Source: Rhina ancylostomus (lineage: Eukaryota). Taken from it: a DNA stretch of 64,000 nt. Made by a program: the position numbers and the translations under genes. The notes beneath the pieces are model-generated. The model saw nothing but the letters and a program-made list of their open reading frames with translations. It ran no database searches and was not told the origin of the DNA. Of the stretch, positions 37,291 to 50,039 are shown piece after piece. The first letter of the stretch is position 1. Each line of letters opens with the position of its first letter. Location of the stretch: assembly GCA_030265395.1 (NCBI GenBank), contig JARFYF010000063.1, forward strand, positions 46,071,664 through 46,135,663, given 5' to 3'.

Positions 37291-38339
37291 CTAGGTGAGG
37301 AAGAAAAAGACTTCTAGAACTTCATTAATTTTTTTAAATATATACTTGTATAAGTATTTTAGGCTCTTCTGATATCCAGTCAATAGTTGAGTAGCCCAAG
37401 ATCAGGAAATTTGTTCATTTGAATGATATGCTGATGCATCAGAGAGCAGAATGTGAAAATTGCTGTAGCATGAATCAGCAGTTTCAGAAGAGGCAGAAAA
37501 CTGGAAGGAAAACATTTGTAATTGATGGTAATGTACTTGACACTGATTGTATAATAATAAGGTTTTCTGTAAAAAAAAATAATTCCTTGGAGACCCCAGA
37601 TGACTGAGAAGCAGTTAACCTGGCACCAATTAATAAGAGGATTTGGGAATTCTAGACTAGTAAGCTTGACCTCAGGTGTTGTAAAACTATTTGTGAGTAT
37701 TGTTAAAGACACAGTTCAGGGTCATCTTTTGGAAATGAAGATGAGATGTAAATCCAGCATTGATTTACAAATGAGAGGTCATGCTATACATGTTAACAAG
37801 ACCTTTCTTTTCCTGGAGGATGCAATTCAACACTTGAGCTTTATTCAACTTTCAAAAGACTCTTGATGAGATGAGGTGACAATATGAAGTAGGAAAGCTA
37901 CGATTTCATACTTATGAAAGATCCTGCAAATTAGAACCGTGTTTTGACAACAGAAGCTAGTAGAAAGTCTACATATTAATAATCTGTTGCTCTCAGAAAA
38001 GCAGTGAGAAAACATGCCTTACTTCTTGAAATACTAAAGCTTCAGTCCATCTGTGTTGAATCAGCCTTACTTCTTGAAATGGCTCCAGGTTCTAGGTGCA
38101 AAGAAGTCTCTCCCACCTCATCTGAGATGTACTTGTGTCTTCTTTCAACAGCTGTTACTGGATAGAAATCTGTACACTTTAGTCCTTTGCTTCTGGGCTG
38201 AAAGATGTCAAGACCAATGATTGTTCCTCAGGCTACAATTGGGTAAAACAATTGAAGGATCAAAACTGGGAGCTTCCTTATTTATATTGCTTATCAGCAG
38301 GTTATTCATCCACCAAGCTATTGATGGAAAAAACAAATT

Positions 38340-38790
38340 ATCGATGCACCATAGAAAGATCCTATCTGGATGTATCACGGCTTGGTATGGCAACTGCCCT
38401 GCTCAGGACCACAAGAAACTGCAGAGAGTTGCGGCCACAGCCCAGCACATCATGGAAACCAGCCTCCCCTCCATGAACCCTGTCTATACCTCTCACTGCC
38501 TTGGAGGGTACATACCACCAGGCTCAAGGACAGCTTCTCTGATAAGACTATTGAACAGTTCCCTTATACGATAAGTTGCACTCTTGGCTGCACAATCTAC
38601 CTTGTTATGACCTTGCACCTTATTGTCTACCTGCACTGCACTTCCCTGCAGCTCTGACACTTTACTTTGTATTCTGTTACTCTTTTTACCCTATACTACC
38701 TCAGTGCACTGTGTAATGAATTGATGTGTAAGAACGGTATGCAAGCCAAGTTTTTCACTGTATCTCAGTACAAATGACAATAATATACCA
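38340..38790 (+). mobile_element. Rex1-like LINE 3' fragment with internal deletion
   Basis: ILSGCITAWYGNCPAQDHKKLQRV...AQHI; tail TTTCACTGTATCTCAGTACAAATGACAATAA. Confidence 0.85.
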
Positions 38791-39169
38791 ATTCTTTTTA
38801 ATTTGTCAGTTCTTTAGTTCTTTGGTGTTGAGGCAGAAGCTTTGCAAGTCACCAACAAGACCACTGAGACTTTGTCCTGTTCTAGTCTACACAAAAGCAA
38901 TTAATTCACTTATATATACATACACTGTATGGAGAACTTGCTGGTATAGATGGTTAGATCCTGGTCTCTTACTTTTGGAACCAAGATGAAATCTTGCTAC
39001 ATGTAATTAGTTTGGACAATCTTAGTTTTATTTCTGAGATGGTCCAGACCAACAGTTGAAAATTAATTATTTGGCATCAACTGGCAATCTCACTCAGAAA
39101 ATTATGTACAATTAAATTAGAGCAGTTGATTAGTATTAGAAATAGAACACATATCACATGTCACACCAG

Positions 39170-39172
<3 letters not shown>

Positions 39173-39210
<38 letters not shown>

Positions 39211-39235
39211 TATACACACACACACACACACACAC
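39173..39235. repeat. Compound (TA)n(CA)n microsatellite
   Basis: Read directly from the sequence. Confidence 0.95.
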
Positions 39236-39721
39236 TGTATGTATGTAACTTAATTCTAAATTTATATATCATAGAAACTATGTTTACAATTTGTGAAAAC
39301 AACATCTCAAAAGTACCATTATTATATCATACATTTTTGAGAAAGTACGGAAGATTGAAGAGTGTCGTGCACAGGAGCCTGTGAACTGAACCTACCTGAA
39401 ATGGTGATCTGTTTCAAGCTGGATTGTATCATTGGGAAGGACTTTTATTGGCTGCATAGATGTTTCTGGCAAAAGTTTGTATGCTTTCCAGCATTCCCAA
39501 GTGAGTAGTTTAGGTGTATAGACGGCTCAGATTATTATCTAGTCCATATTCTATTCAAAGTTGTTTTAGCTCCACATTCAAGGAAACATGTTTATAAATA
39601 GCAGAGTATTCATTGATCCCTGGTGTAACTGCGATATACCTCTCTAAGAAAACATCACTGGATAGAAATCAGAACACAGGAAAGTGATATTCCTAAATCT
39701 CAATCTTTTTTTCTTAATAAG

Positions 39722-40985
39722 GTACACTGGTGGTATAGTGGTTAATTTACTGGATTACTAGCCCAGGTACTTGGATTAACACTCAGGAGGTGTGAATTCA
39801 AATCCCACCAAGGTGGCTGTGGAATTTATATTCAGTTAATAATCTGGATTATTTTAAAACAAGCCATCTGAATGATGTTGGCCATGAAATTACTGGATTG
39901 TTGATAAGAACCCATTTGGTTCTGTAATGCCCTTCAATGCAATTTGCCATCCTTGCATAGTCTGTCTTACACCTGAGTCTGGACTTGCAGCAATGTGTTT
40001 GTCTCCTAGATGCCCTCCTAAATGGCCTAGCAAGCTGCTGGGTTGTATCAGAGCTATTAGGTTAAAGTAGAAAAAGAATAAAACCAAATGGACAGCTTGG
40101 CATCAATCTCGGCACCAAATTCAGATCCAGCAAAGTCACTNNNNNNNNNNACAAAGTCCTCCTCACAATATTTGGGACTGGTATCTAAATTGTGAGAGCC
40201 TCCACAAGCACCAGTGCACTGTAGCTGCAGTTTGTACCGTTTATAAAATGCACTGCAGTTACTCGCCCAGGCTACTGTGAGACTATGTCCCAAACATGCA
40301 GGCACGACCACAAGGAGGACAAGGGGTGACAGGCACATGGGAACACTGCCATCTGCAGATTCTCCAAGTCGCATAGTATCGTTGCTGGATCTGAATCCTG
40401 GAATGATTCACCCAGCACTACTATGGGAAGGATAAGATATCTTTATTAGTTACACGTACATCGAAACACACAGTGAAACGCATCTTGGCAACACTTGTGT
40501 TCTGGGGGCAGCCTGCAGATGTCGCCACGTTTCTGGCGCCAACATAGCATGCCCATGACTTCCTAACCAGCGCGTCTTTGGAATGTGGGAGGAAACTGGA
40601 GCACCCGGAGGAAACCCACGCAGACATGGGGAGAACATNNNNNNNNNNNNNNNNNNNNNNNNNNNNNNNNNNNNNNNNNNNNNNNNNNNNNNNNNNNNNN
40701 NNNNNNNNNNNNNNNNNNNNNNNNNNNNNNNNNNNNNNTGGAATGTGGGAGGAAACTGGAGCACCCGGAGGAAACCCACGCAGACATGGGGAGAACATAC
40801 AAACTCTTTACAGACAGTGGTGGGAATTGAACCCAGGTCGCTGGCGCTGCGTTAGTGTTATGCTAACCACTACACTACCGACCACAACAGTTCAAAAATG
40901 TGGTTCACTACCACTCAAGGGCAATTAGGGCTGGGCAACAAATACACACCAATGGCATCCACATCTCAACAAATGAGTAAAAATA
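39722..40985 (+). mobile_element. Old tRNA-headed SINE/LINE-derived composite interrupted by a younger SINE
   Basis: tRNA-like head (GGTATAGTGGT...GAATTCAAATCCCACC) at 39730-39810; LINE-like 3' end AAGGGCAATTAGGGCTGGGCAACAAAT resumes after 40880. Confidence 0.6.
40428..40882 (-). mobile_element. V-SINE-like SINE spanning an assembly gap
   Basis: Same core as the 7320 and 19675 copies; a 60-nt segment is duplicated either side of a 100-N gap. Confidence 0.85.
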
Positions 40986-41899
40986 ATGCTGCTCTCCATT
41001 TTGGGTGAAACTACGAAAATTCAGTATTTTTTCATCTCTTCAATAAACAAACTGCTCCCCACCAATTACTCTCCAACTCATCACCAAGAAATATGCTCAA
41101 TAACAATAAGTCCAGTGATTAGAACAAAATTTCAAAATAGGCAGCTCCAGTGTCAGCAAAATCAACCCTGTGGAAGTTACAGCAAAATGTTTTGGGAGAT
41201 GGTAAAAGTCCTGTTGCCTCTTAGTTGTTGAAAGTTGAATAAACTGATACAATCAGATTGGCCGACAGGTTCCTCTCAGCTGACCCACAGGGGAGTCATG
41301 CCAAAAACTGGAACTTTAATGAAAAGATCACCAGGATCTAAATGTTCAATGGAGCAGGATGACCCTGAGAATTTGCAGCCGCTGTTCTAGGTCTGCATTG
41401 AAACCAAAGGTTCCAGCACCCAAGACACTAAAACCTTTGCCTATTGACTCTTTTTTTTATTGAAGATTCCAGGCCAGAAACATTATGGACATGCCCCCCC
41501 CTCCCCACCCCTTCCAATTGGCTTCAGTGGACCTGAGGGAAAATCNNNNNNNNNNNNNNNNCAGTCAGGTTTCCCCCTCCGCTACGGAGCGTGGTTATGC
41601 TGTTTTCTTTGATTAAAATTCTATATGGCAGTAAACAAAAATGGAAAATCAGCACATCATTTTCCACAGGGAATTACTAATTTATATTTATATAATGTTT
41701 CAAGATGCTCCAAACACTTCAAATTGTCAAAGGTAAGTGGATGGATAGCAGTTAGGATTGCAATGATGACTTGGATGGGTCAATTGTGGTCAAGCAGATC
41801 ACAGGATGATCAGCACCNNNNNNNNNNAGTAAGATAGGTACTGTACTTGAACAGAGTGAGGAATATTCATTCCTTTTTCTGTTCAGTCAAGGCATGAAG

Positions 41900-42640
41900 A
41901 CATTGGTGGCAGGGCTGGATTTAATCATCATTGCTGATTGGTTTTCAAAGGTGACGGTGAGGTACCTCCTTGAGCCACTGTAGTGTGTGTGGTGAAGCTA
42001 CTCTCACAATCTGATGTCAGGAATTGAAGCATATTGACCAGGAGACAAATGAGGAATAGAGACACATGTTCAGTGAGGATGCAAGGAAAATTGGAACCTG
42101 ACATGTAAAGGTTTGCCTAATCATTCGTTGCCTTATCTTTCCAGGTGATGGGAGGTCATTCATTTTTTTAGGCACTGTCAAAAATCTTGGCATCTATCTG
42201 CAATGCATTTGTAGATAGTATACATAGTCATGATAGTGTAGAGACTGTGAATGTTCAGGTTAGTGGATGGAATCCTGGATGGTGTCACACTTCCCGAGTG
42301 TTGTGGAAATGTACTAATCTGAGGGTTGGAGAGTGTTCCCAAGTTGTGTCTCATTGATGGTGGAAAGGCTTTGTAGATTCAAAAGTTGAACACCTCGCTG
42401 CAGAATATTCAGCATCTGATGATGCTGGTTTATCTACAGTAATTATGCATATGACCCAGAGAACTTTCTGCAAACCCCCTCCCCAAGATATAGATGGCAG
42501 GGGATTTAGCAATGGAGTTGCTGGTGAATTAGCGGGAAGGTTGGTAAGACAAGCTGGAGATGGTCATTGTCTTCCATCAGTGTGACATGAATATTTATTG
42601 CCACTCATTTGCCAAAGGCTAAATGTTATCTGGGTCTAGC
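41900..42640 (-). mobile_element. Decayed LINE fragment; a related copy lies at about 55040-55750
   Basis: Both carry GGAGATGGTCATTG...TGCCAC and similar upstream blocks. Confidence 0.6.
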
Positions 42641-45271
42641 TCATTACCTGAACTTCAAGAGTCTAACCCAAGCTCCCCAATGAATCTCCAAGGTGGTGCC
42701 AGAAAGAGCCTACTTTTGTTCCTCTACTTCCTGCTGAATTAATGTTGGTGGATTCCACGGCAGTCCATGTGGATGTTCTTCTTATTTGTGTAGCTCTAAT
42801 AGGATGAGGAGCTGGGTTCAAAGGGGATAAAACATCTTCTCTAAAAGCTACCTATTGGTCTTGCAGAGTAGCTCAAATATAGCATGCACAGTTGATGGTA
42901 GCGAGATGAGTCCTGCCAATCCCTTGGGTTTCCTGGTATTTACCATAAAGATTTATTTTTAATGAGTTTGCACACAACCCACACATTTAGAGAATGCAAC
43001 AGCTTGCAGTTTCATAGAGCTTTCTTGAACCATTAATGTGACCTGGTGCAATTTAATCACACTCTGCACAAGGGGGAAAGCTCATATTTCCAAACTCTGG
43101 TGCATGTGCTCCCTACTGTTCCCTATTTGGGAGGAAGGGGAAAGGAGATGATTTTCCTTTTCTTTGCATCAGCAGTCTTTGCAACTTCCCTGATCCTGCA
43201 GTGGACAGGTTATTGGGAGACACTAGTAATATCTTCTACACCAACATACAATAGTCCAACGGTGGAAAAAATAACACTACTGTCACCTTTCCAGTCAGGG
43301 AGCTGTCCAGCCACTCAAAATTTTCAATCTTAATATCCTTCACTGCTGTGTGGTGATGTTGTAAGTATGTCCATAAAATAATGGGTGCCTCCNNNNNNAT
43401 GCTTTATGTTGTACTTCCATTCCCCACAGATTGACTCTCTCCCATTTCAGCTGGGGGGGGGGAGGGGGTGCAGTGGTATTCACATTCTATCAATAAATCG
43501 CTCTTAAACTTTCAGAGGTGGGCATACCTTGAGAAAAACAACAAAGGTCTGGAAACACATTCTAGTTAAAAATAAAGTGAAAATGTAAATGAACTTCAGT
43601 TTATTTAAAAAGCATCCGCTCAACTGGGATTTATTTTGATCAATTACTGTTTATGCAACAGAACTGGTTTCTTTTGGGAAAAAGTCTTCTGATTAATGTG
43701 TGCAGCACAAATTAGACTATGCAACTTTCACTTGATAGGATAAATGCAAGTTATGTCACTCAAGGCAATTCCATGCTTATCCATTTGTTTTATGGAATTT
43801 ACCGACACTTCTGCATCCTACCCACTTCTGAAGGCAGGTCTAATTCCATAGCTGTTGGGTACCCTACAATATTTCACACTGGTGGCCATTATTCATGTTT
43901 CCTTCCCTTTGAATAGCAGCAGGTTAATTAACAATGAGCATTATAACTTGGACTGATTAGACACCTACTTTCAGGAGTAATCATTTGATTGCAAATATCT
44001 AGCTTATTTTATTTCCCACTCCTTTTCCAAAGGCCACATTAGTCAATTCCACTGCTCATGTTAGAGGGATTAGCAGAGCTACAAAGTAATTGCAAATTAC
44101 AAGCCACTGCTATGTGTTCACTAGGGTAAAGCAGAGAACAGTAAACCAATAAAAACAAATTCCAGAAAGCACAAGGGTATGAATATTAAAACAAAGATCA
44201 AAGGGAGTAAATAATAGAAGCAGGGGTGTTGTAGTTACCTATTTTGACTGGGGTAATTGCTGCTTTACATCAACTTTTGACTATTGTAGCATAAGCTGGG
44301 TCATAAGAAAGGATTCAAGTGGGAGACAGAAGGGAGCTGGAGACAGAAGAAACCTCTACAAGTATTTTATAAGGGAAGTAATTCACTCCAGAGGGGTTAG
44401 TCCTCTTATTCATACAGTCTGTTGTCTCCTCTCCATTTCAAATAGTTACAGCTTTCTTAAAAAAAATCAGTAATAGAATTTTCTTGCACTATTATTTCTG
44501 ATAGTGGTTTACTATGCTCTGTCCTGAGTATGCAAACCTTGAATCTCTCCTTTTATTTTGATAATCTTAGCTTTATCCTTTGCTTAACTCCTTACTGACC
44601 AACAGAAAGCAGTTTCTCCCCCCCCCCCCCACTTATTTAACTGATCAAACTCAGTGTTCTAATACCATCATCAGAATATTTTTCCCCACAGCCTTACATA
44701 CCCTGGTAAAGTCTCCTGATTGCCACTTGTGATTACAGCCTCTCATCCTANNNNNNNNNNNNNNNNNNNNNNNNNNNNNNNNNNNNNNNNNNNNNNNNNN
44801 NNNNNNNNNNNNNNNNNNNNNNNNNNNNNNNNNNNNNNNNNNNNNNNNNNGTGAGTACAGCCTCTCATCCTAACCAGATCTTTTTGAAATCTTTTCCTTA
44901 GCTCTGACATCCTTCTGAAATTAGCACATCCAAAACCATCTGATCAATAATTTTTGTAGGTTTATCATCTCTGCTTTTGTACGCTGCATCTATTTTTGAA
45001 ATCCATAATTATACATTATTAAAAAGTTACCAAAATCTGTAGCACTCATTTAAGTTTCCATGCTTTATAAATTTTTAAGGTTTCGTGAAAATGGAGGATC
45101 AAAACTTCAGACCTCTAACACTAATCAGAGTCCAATCCCAGAGTGAAAATGGGCAGCAATAGGTCAGTTCTCCACTAAGGACTAAAGGTACTTTAACCAA
45201 GAAGAGAGAAAGGGTGGTGATTAGTTGTTTAGAGGGTTAGCACATTTTCCTTGCAAGTAGTTTATATATGC

Positions 45272-45425
45272 ACTGAGACAAGAAATTCTGCAGATGCTGG
45301 AATCTGGCTTCTGCCCTCTTCCTTTCCAGTCCTGATGAAGAGTCTCAACCCAAAACATTGACTGTTTATTTCCCCTCCATAGATGCTGCCTGACCTGCTG
45401 AGTTCCTCCAGCATCTTGTGTTTAT
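45272..45425 (+). mobile_element. Short Penelope-related repeat with hammerhead-like core
   Basis: CAGTC-CTGATGA-AGAGTCTCAACCC-AAAAC-ATT-GACTG at 45327-45364, followed by GATGCTGCCTGACCTGCTGAGTTCCTCCAGCA. Confidence 0.85.
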
Positions 45426-45684
45426 GCACACTGACCTTATTTTCAATTGGCAAATTAAGGTCAGAATGTTTAACAAGGTTCTCCAAATCCTGTAATGTGG
45501 CATCAAGTGTTCCCAATGCTGGATTTGACAGTTAATATCAAGTAAAAAGCCACCATCATTTCCAGCACATATTCATGGAAAATATGAAAAGTGAACCATC
45601 TAGAAATCTAAACATAAGTAACTCTGGTCATGCTCAGGAAAAGAACATGCTGTGAAATAGAAGATATCACAATATCACACTGAA

Positions 45685-45725
45685 TTTATTAAATACAACA
45701 TTTATTAAAATGAACATATTTTATT
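45685..45725 (-). terminator. Cluster of three AATAAA polyadenylation signals, probable KEAP1 3' end
   Basis: Plus-strand TTTATT at 45685-45690, 45701-45706 and 45720-45725, about 800 nt after the KEAP1 stop. Confidence 0.7.
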
Positions 45726-46527
45726 AAAAATACTGTCTTAGAAATTAAGTCAATGATGTTCATTTTGTTAGAATGGATTCAATTATTTCTTTTGGATGTT
45801 TTTACCCAAGTACTAGTGCAAAATAAAGTGGTATGGCACTGGGAAACAGTCACAGTTAAATTACACTTCCCCTTCTCAACAGAGCACAAGAGAAACCAGA
45901 TGTAGTGAGCAAAGAGAAAATCTTTTAAATGGATGTTCGCTCCAGTGCCCATCCCCCTGCTCCTCCTCTAACTCTGTGCAGCTAATGTAATCCGACCTGG
46001 ATTCTGCACTCATACGTGGAGCAGTCAGGCTCCTGCTTCAATTTACTACCATATGCCCGTCTATTACGGTTATTTAGTGCATGCTGTTCAAGAAGTGGGT
46101 AATTGCAAATATCAAAGTTAATTAATTTAGGTAATTAGCATATTGTTACAAGATGCCATCCTCATTAGAACATGGAAATTGTCTTTGGGAATAGGTGATA
46201 AACACTGTAGATTTCAGATTGGTGAGCAAGACAAGCCCTGCAACACAAACCCACCTGTGAATATCTAACAAGTATTCATTAAGATCTCTAATTGGATTGG
46301 TTGTGTGGTTCAGAATTTATGTTCCTTATTAGTTATTAAATGTCAAATTGTCAGAGTTTATATAAATTTTCTTCTGATTTACAGAAAAAACAAGTGCAAA
46401 AAGCTCTCCATATTTGAAAATGGGATTTGCACTAAAGTGCTGGTAAAGTCTTTTTAAAAAAAAGGTGATCACAGCAGAAAGTCCAAGAGAACTATTAAGA
46501 TTGAGGTTGATCCAGAGATCAGGAACA

Positions 46528-46676
46528 TTAGCACCGAGCCAAATTGCACGGTTCTATTGTGACAGCAACACCTACACCACTCCTCCCAGAGGTCATTTGT
46601 GTCACTTCTGTCCATTGGCCAGTGTCCGGATCGAAGCATTCCACACTACTGAGGAAATCTTGTCCATCATAGCCAC
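46528..46676 (-). CDS. KEAP1: KEAP1 last coding exon (Kelch 6 and C-terminal region, stop codon)
   Basis: Not in the ORF track; read by hand. Acceptor GCATAG|GT, then [49 protein letters not shown] and TAA at 46530-46528. 149 nt; the five exons total 1761 nt, in frame. Confidence 0.96.
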
Positions 46677-46829
46677 CTATGCACAAACATCAAGTTAAAG
46701 CTTAGACAGATTACATTCACTAAAACTTAACATTCCTGTCATTAATGTTTTTATCCCCAAGTATCGTCAAGACTTGCAAATATCCCAATACCTGCTCCCT
46801 CAGTGTGTGCATTCACAAAATAAATGGTG

Positions 46830-47260
46830 TAAACCTTGCTATAGCTTAGTGCTGGCACTCTGTTCTCTTGAATCAGAATACTAGTCATGCTCATTTTGAT
46901 AGAATGAATTCAGTTATTTATTTTGANNNNNNNNNNNNNNNNNNNNNNNNNNNNNNNNNNNNATGGGTCAAGGCCCATTCCTGAAACTCATGCACATAAT
47001 CAAGAAAGTCATTACAGTTCAGTATGGGAAAGGAGGAATGAACTGTTGAAAGTACCTTCTCTTTGTTGAGATGTTAAACTATGACTAACTACTTGTTCAA
47101 AATGAGTGTAACAGATCCCAAGTTGTATGCACGGAGAGCAAGAAAGTTACTCAGGTGCTTTCATTCATTTTTCTTTATGGGCCACTTAAAAATATTCTAG
47201 CAATGTTGAACCAGAGGAATCTGATTGTCACAACTACTACACTTCAGAAAGCACAAGCCA
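46830..47260 (+). mobile_element. Decayed Deu-domain-like SINE in the last KEAP1 intron
   Basis: GAGATGTTAAAC...AGATCCCA...GAGCAAGAAAGTT resembles the AmnSINE1/SacSINE1 Deu core as I recall it. Confidence 0.45.
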
Positions 47261-48344
47261 TGAAAGACAATCTAGAAGTGCAAGCTATTGGTAGATGGAT
47301 ACAGTTCAATGGATACAGAAAAAAGTCCTTGAACAAAATGATAGTTTGAAAAGGTTAATGGATGTGAAACTGCAGTTGAGGGAGGTGGATGGGTAAAAGA
47401 AAAACAGGAACACGGAGAGAAAAGTTTTCTGGATTAGTTGAAAGGTAGCTTGTGGTATCCCACAGGGTTCAGATCTGGAAAACACTTCTGCTTACTGTAC
47501 TTCAATGATTAGGAAGTGGTGCAAAAATATGCAAACCGTACCAAAATAGGAAGTTCATCTAAATTCTTTAGACAATCAAAGGAAGTTGTAATGGGATATT
47601 GATAAATATTGGGGAAATGGGCATTAAAATGTAGTAAGTACAAGTCAAAATTCAAGTAAAAGAAGGAGGCATTTTGATTCAGTAAAAGGGCAGTAATTAT
47701 ATGCTGAATAGAACAAGGTTCACTGCTACGGAATAGCAGAGAGATTTGGTGGTACATTTAGCAGGACATTAAAAGGCAGTATTATATGTTGATGATGTTG
47801 TGAAGGAAAAGCTATAGGATTTTGGAGGTTTATAAGAAATATAAACTAGGTAACAGACTTCAATAGATCCATAAAAAGGTTAATAATGAGTCTATTCAAA
47901 ATCTTAATTAAAACCCAAATGTGAAGCGGATAAAATAGGAAGGAGTTTAAAATTCAGGCAATGAGAACAATAAAATAGGATAAAAATATTTAAAACCTGT
48001 GAAAGAACATAACAATGTAAATAAAAATTCTACTCCCAACTGCTGAAAGACTCAGAATGAATGGTCATAATTACAAGTCAAAGGCCAAATATCCTGCATC
48101 TACAATGTATATTTTGTTTATCTCTCTGCATATCTAGAATCCTAAACCAGGAAAAAGATATTAATGAAACTTCAGATTTCAGGGAGATGACTTTCCTAAC
48201 ATAATTTCCCAAAACAAATGTGGGATTTTGACAGGAAAGTCAAGTGAGAAGGTTAATTATTTAAAAGCACCAACACGCAACCTCCAAGTCATGATTCCAC
48301 TGCAAGGACAAATTGAAACAATGTGGTTTAATATTGAAACTTAC

Positions 48345-48521
48345 CAAGTACATAAATTTTGCCCTGATAGACAGTTACTCCAAGAGCACTGCGTTTATGT
48401 TTCATTGGCACTAAACATGTCCATTTGTCCAATTCGACATCGTATCGCTCCACACTGTTCAGCTGATTTACACCATCATATCCACCGATTGCGTAGACAG
48501 CGTTTTTTAGTGCACAGATAC
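48345..48521 (-). CDS. KEAP1: KEAP1 coding exon (Kelch repeats 5-6)
   Basis: Acceptor GTGTAG|GT, donor G|GTAAGT. 177 nt. [30 protein letters not shown]...[17 protein letters not shown]. Confidence 0.97.
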
Positions 48522-48639
48522 CTACACAGAAACACAAAGTTCTTTATGTTGACCCAGTTCATAATTCTACCTGCTCCCCAATTTGTTTCTTTTTTGAAGG
48601 TATAGGTTTATGCTCAACTCCATGTGGTGGTAGGGTTGT

Positions 48640-49040
48640 CCTACAAGGAGAAATTAAGCAGATTGGGCTGTATTTTCTAGAGTTCAGAAAAATGAGAAGT
48701 GACATTGGTAAAACATAGTAGTCTGAGGTTTGGTAGATTAGATACAAAGATGATGCTTCTTCTGGCTGGAGTGTCTAGAACCAGGAGGCACAAAATAAGG
48801 TCTGGCATTCAGGACTGAGAGAAAAAAAGAACATTTAGTGAATCTTTGGAATTGTCTATTCATGAGGGCTGTGGAGGCTCAGTCATCAAGTATAACCAAA
48901 ACAGAAGTGGATAGGTTTTTAAAGATAAAAGGGAACCAAGGAATATGAAGTTGTGCACGACAGTGAACGAGGAAAAGATCACCCCTAACCCTGAATGGTT
49001 CCTTCCTGCTTGTATGTATTATTTTTATGTTCTTATGCTG
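48640..49040 (+). mobile_element. CR1-like 3' fragment in a KEAP1 intron
   Basis: GGGCTGTATTTTCTAGAGTTCAGAAAAATGAGAAGTGAC...GTGAATCTTTGGAATT...GGCTGTGGAGGCTCAGTCA. Confidence 0.75.
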
Positions 49041-50039
49041 AGCTATGCTTCCATGAAGATGAATACTCCTCCTATACCATCACATATCAGCTGATACAAG
49101 GAGCAGTGAACAGGTTATTCAATTCTACTGGGAAAGCATTAAAAGTGAGCTCGATCTTTCTGCATGTGACATTTTAATGAATGTACCTTATTGTATGTAT
49201 CAAATGAACAGTTATTGAGGTTCAATGCAATTATCTGATGTGTTGTCTGGTCTTCTCAAAGTATTTTAGAATTAAGCATAATTGTAAGTCTCCTTCCAAT
49301 ATCTCACTGCATCCAAGTAATGCAACATACGTTTAGTATAGATAGACCAGATTTATTTTCATACAAACATGATATATTCTTATTTTGTGTTCTACAGTAT
49401 GCATTTTGTAACATTAGTGAACATTCAGGAGAATTAAATGACATACAGTACATTTAAACACATGCCAGGAGCCATTGGCATGGGAAATTTGTTAGCATTT
49501 TTCAAATTCAGCTGAATCAGGAAGAGAATACCTAATGACTTCACTAAACCCATCCTTAACATGCTGTGAGGCAGCATGACTGCACGCTTGGGGTCGAATC
49601 ATGAATGTTCCCAGGTAAGGGCTCTAGACTGCCCAAAGCTTCCAAAATTACAATGAAAGACAGTGCATTGCCTATTCCATTTGGCACATGATGAGTGGGT
49701 TTTACCCACATTTGTGGTAGTGCTGTAAATTCAGGGACAGTGCAGTGGGGAAGGGGACAGAAAAGTGCATCTATTTGCCTCCAGGGACAGATGCTGTAGT
49801 TAATAAAATTTCCAGGGTTATTCTCCAGTGAACTGGTCTGACAGTCATTCCCTGTGGTGTCCCTTACAACTAACTAGAACAGTTGAATGCCAGGACACAT
49901 CCAGAATGTGCATAGTAGTGTGCCTTTCTGAATCCAGCCACTCCAGCAGTTGTCTATTGTAATCTTTTCAATTCCACTCTGCACTGTTCATTAATTATTC
50001 CAGTATAATCTTTATTTTATAATGATCACTTTTAAAGTT

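Noticed and set aside
38016-38080. Repeat-spacer-repeat as a CRISPR-like unit
   Set aside because: Only two short copies in vertebrate DNA, with no array and no cas genes.
40579-40798. Exact 60-nt repeat on both sides of a gap, suggesting a tandem SINE
   Set aside because: An identical overlap around a 100-N gap is most simply a scaffolding artefact.
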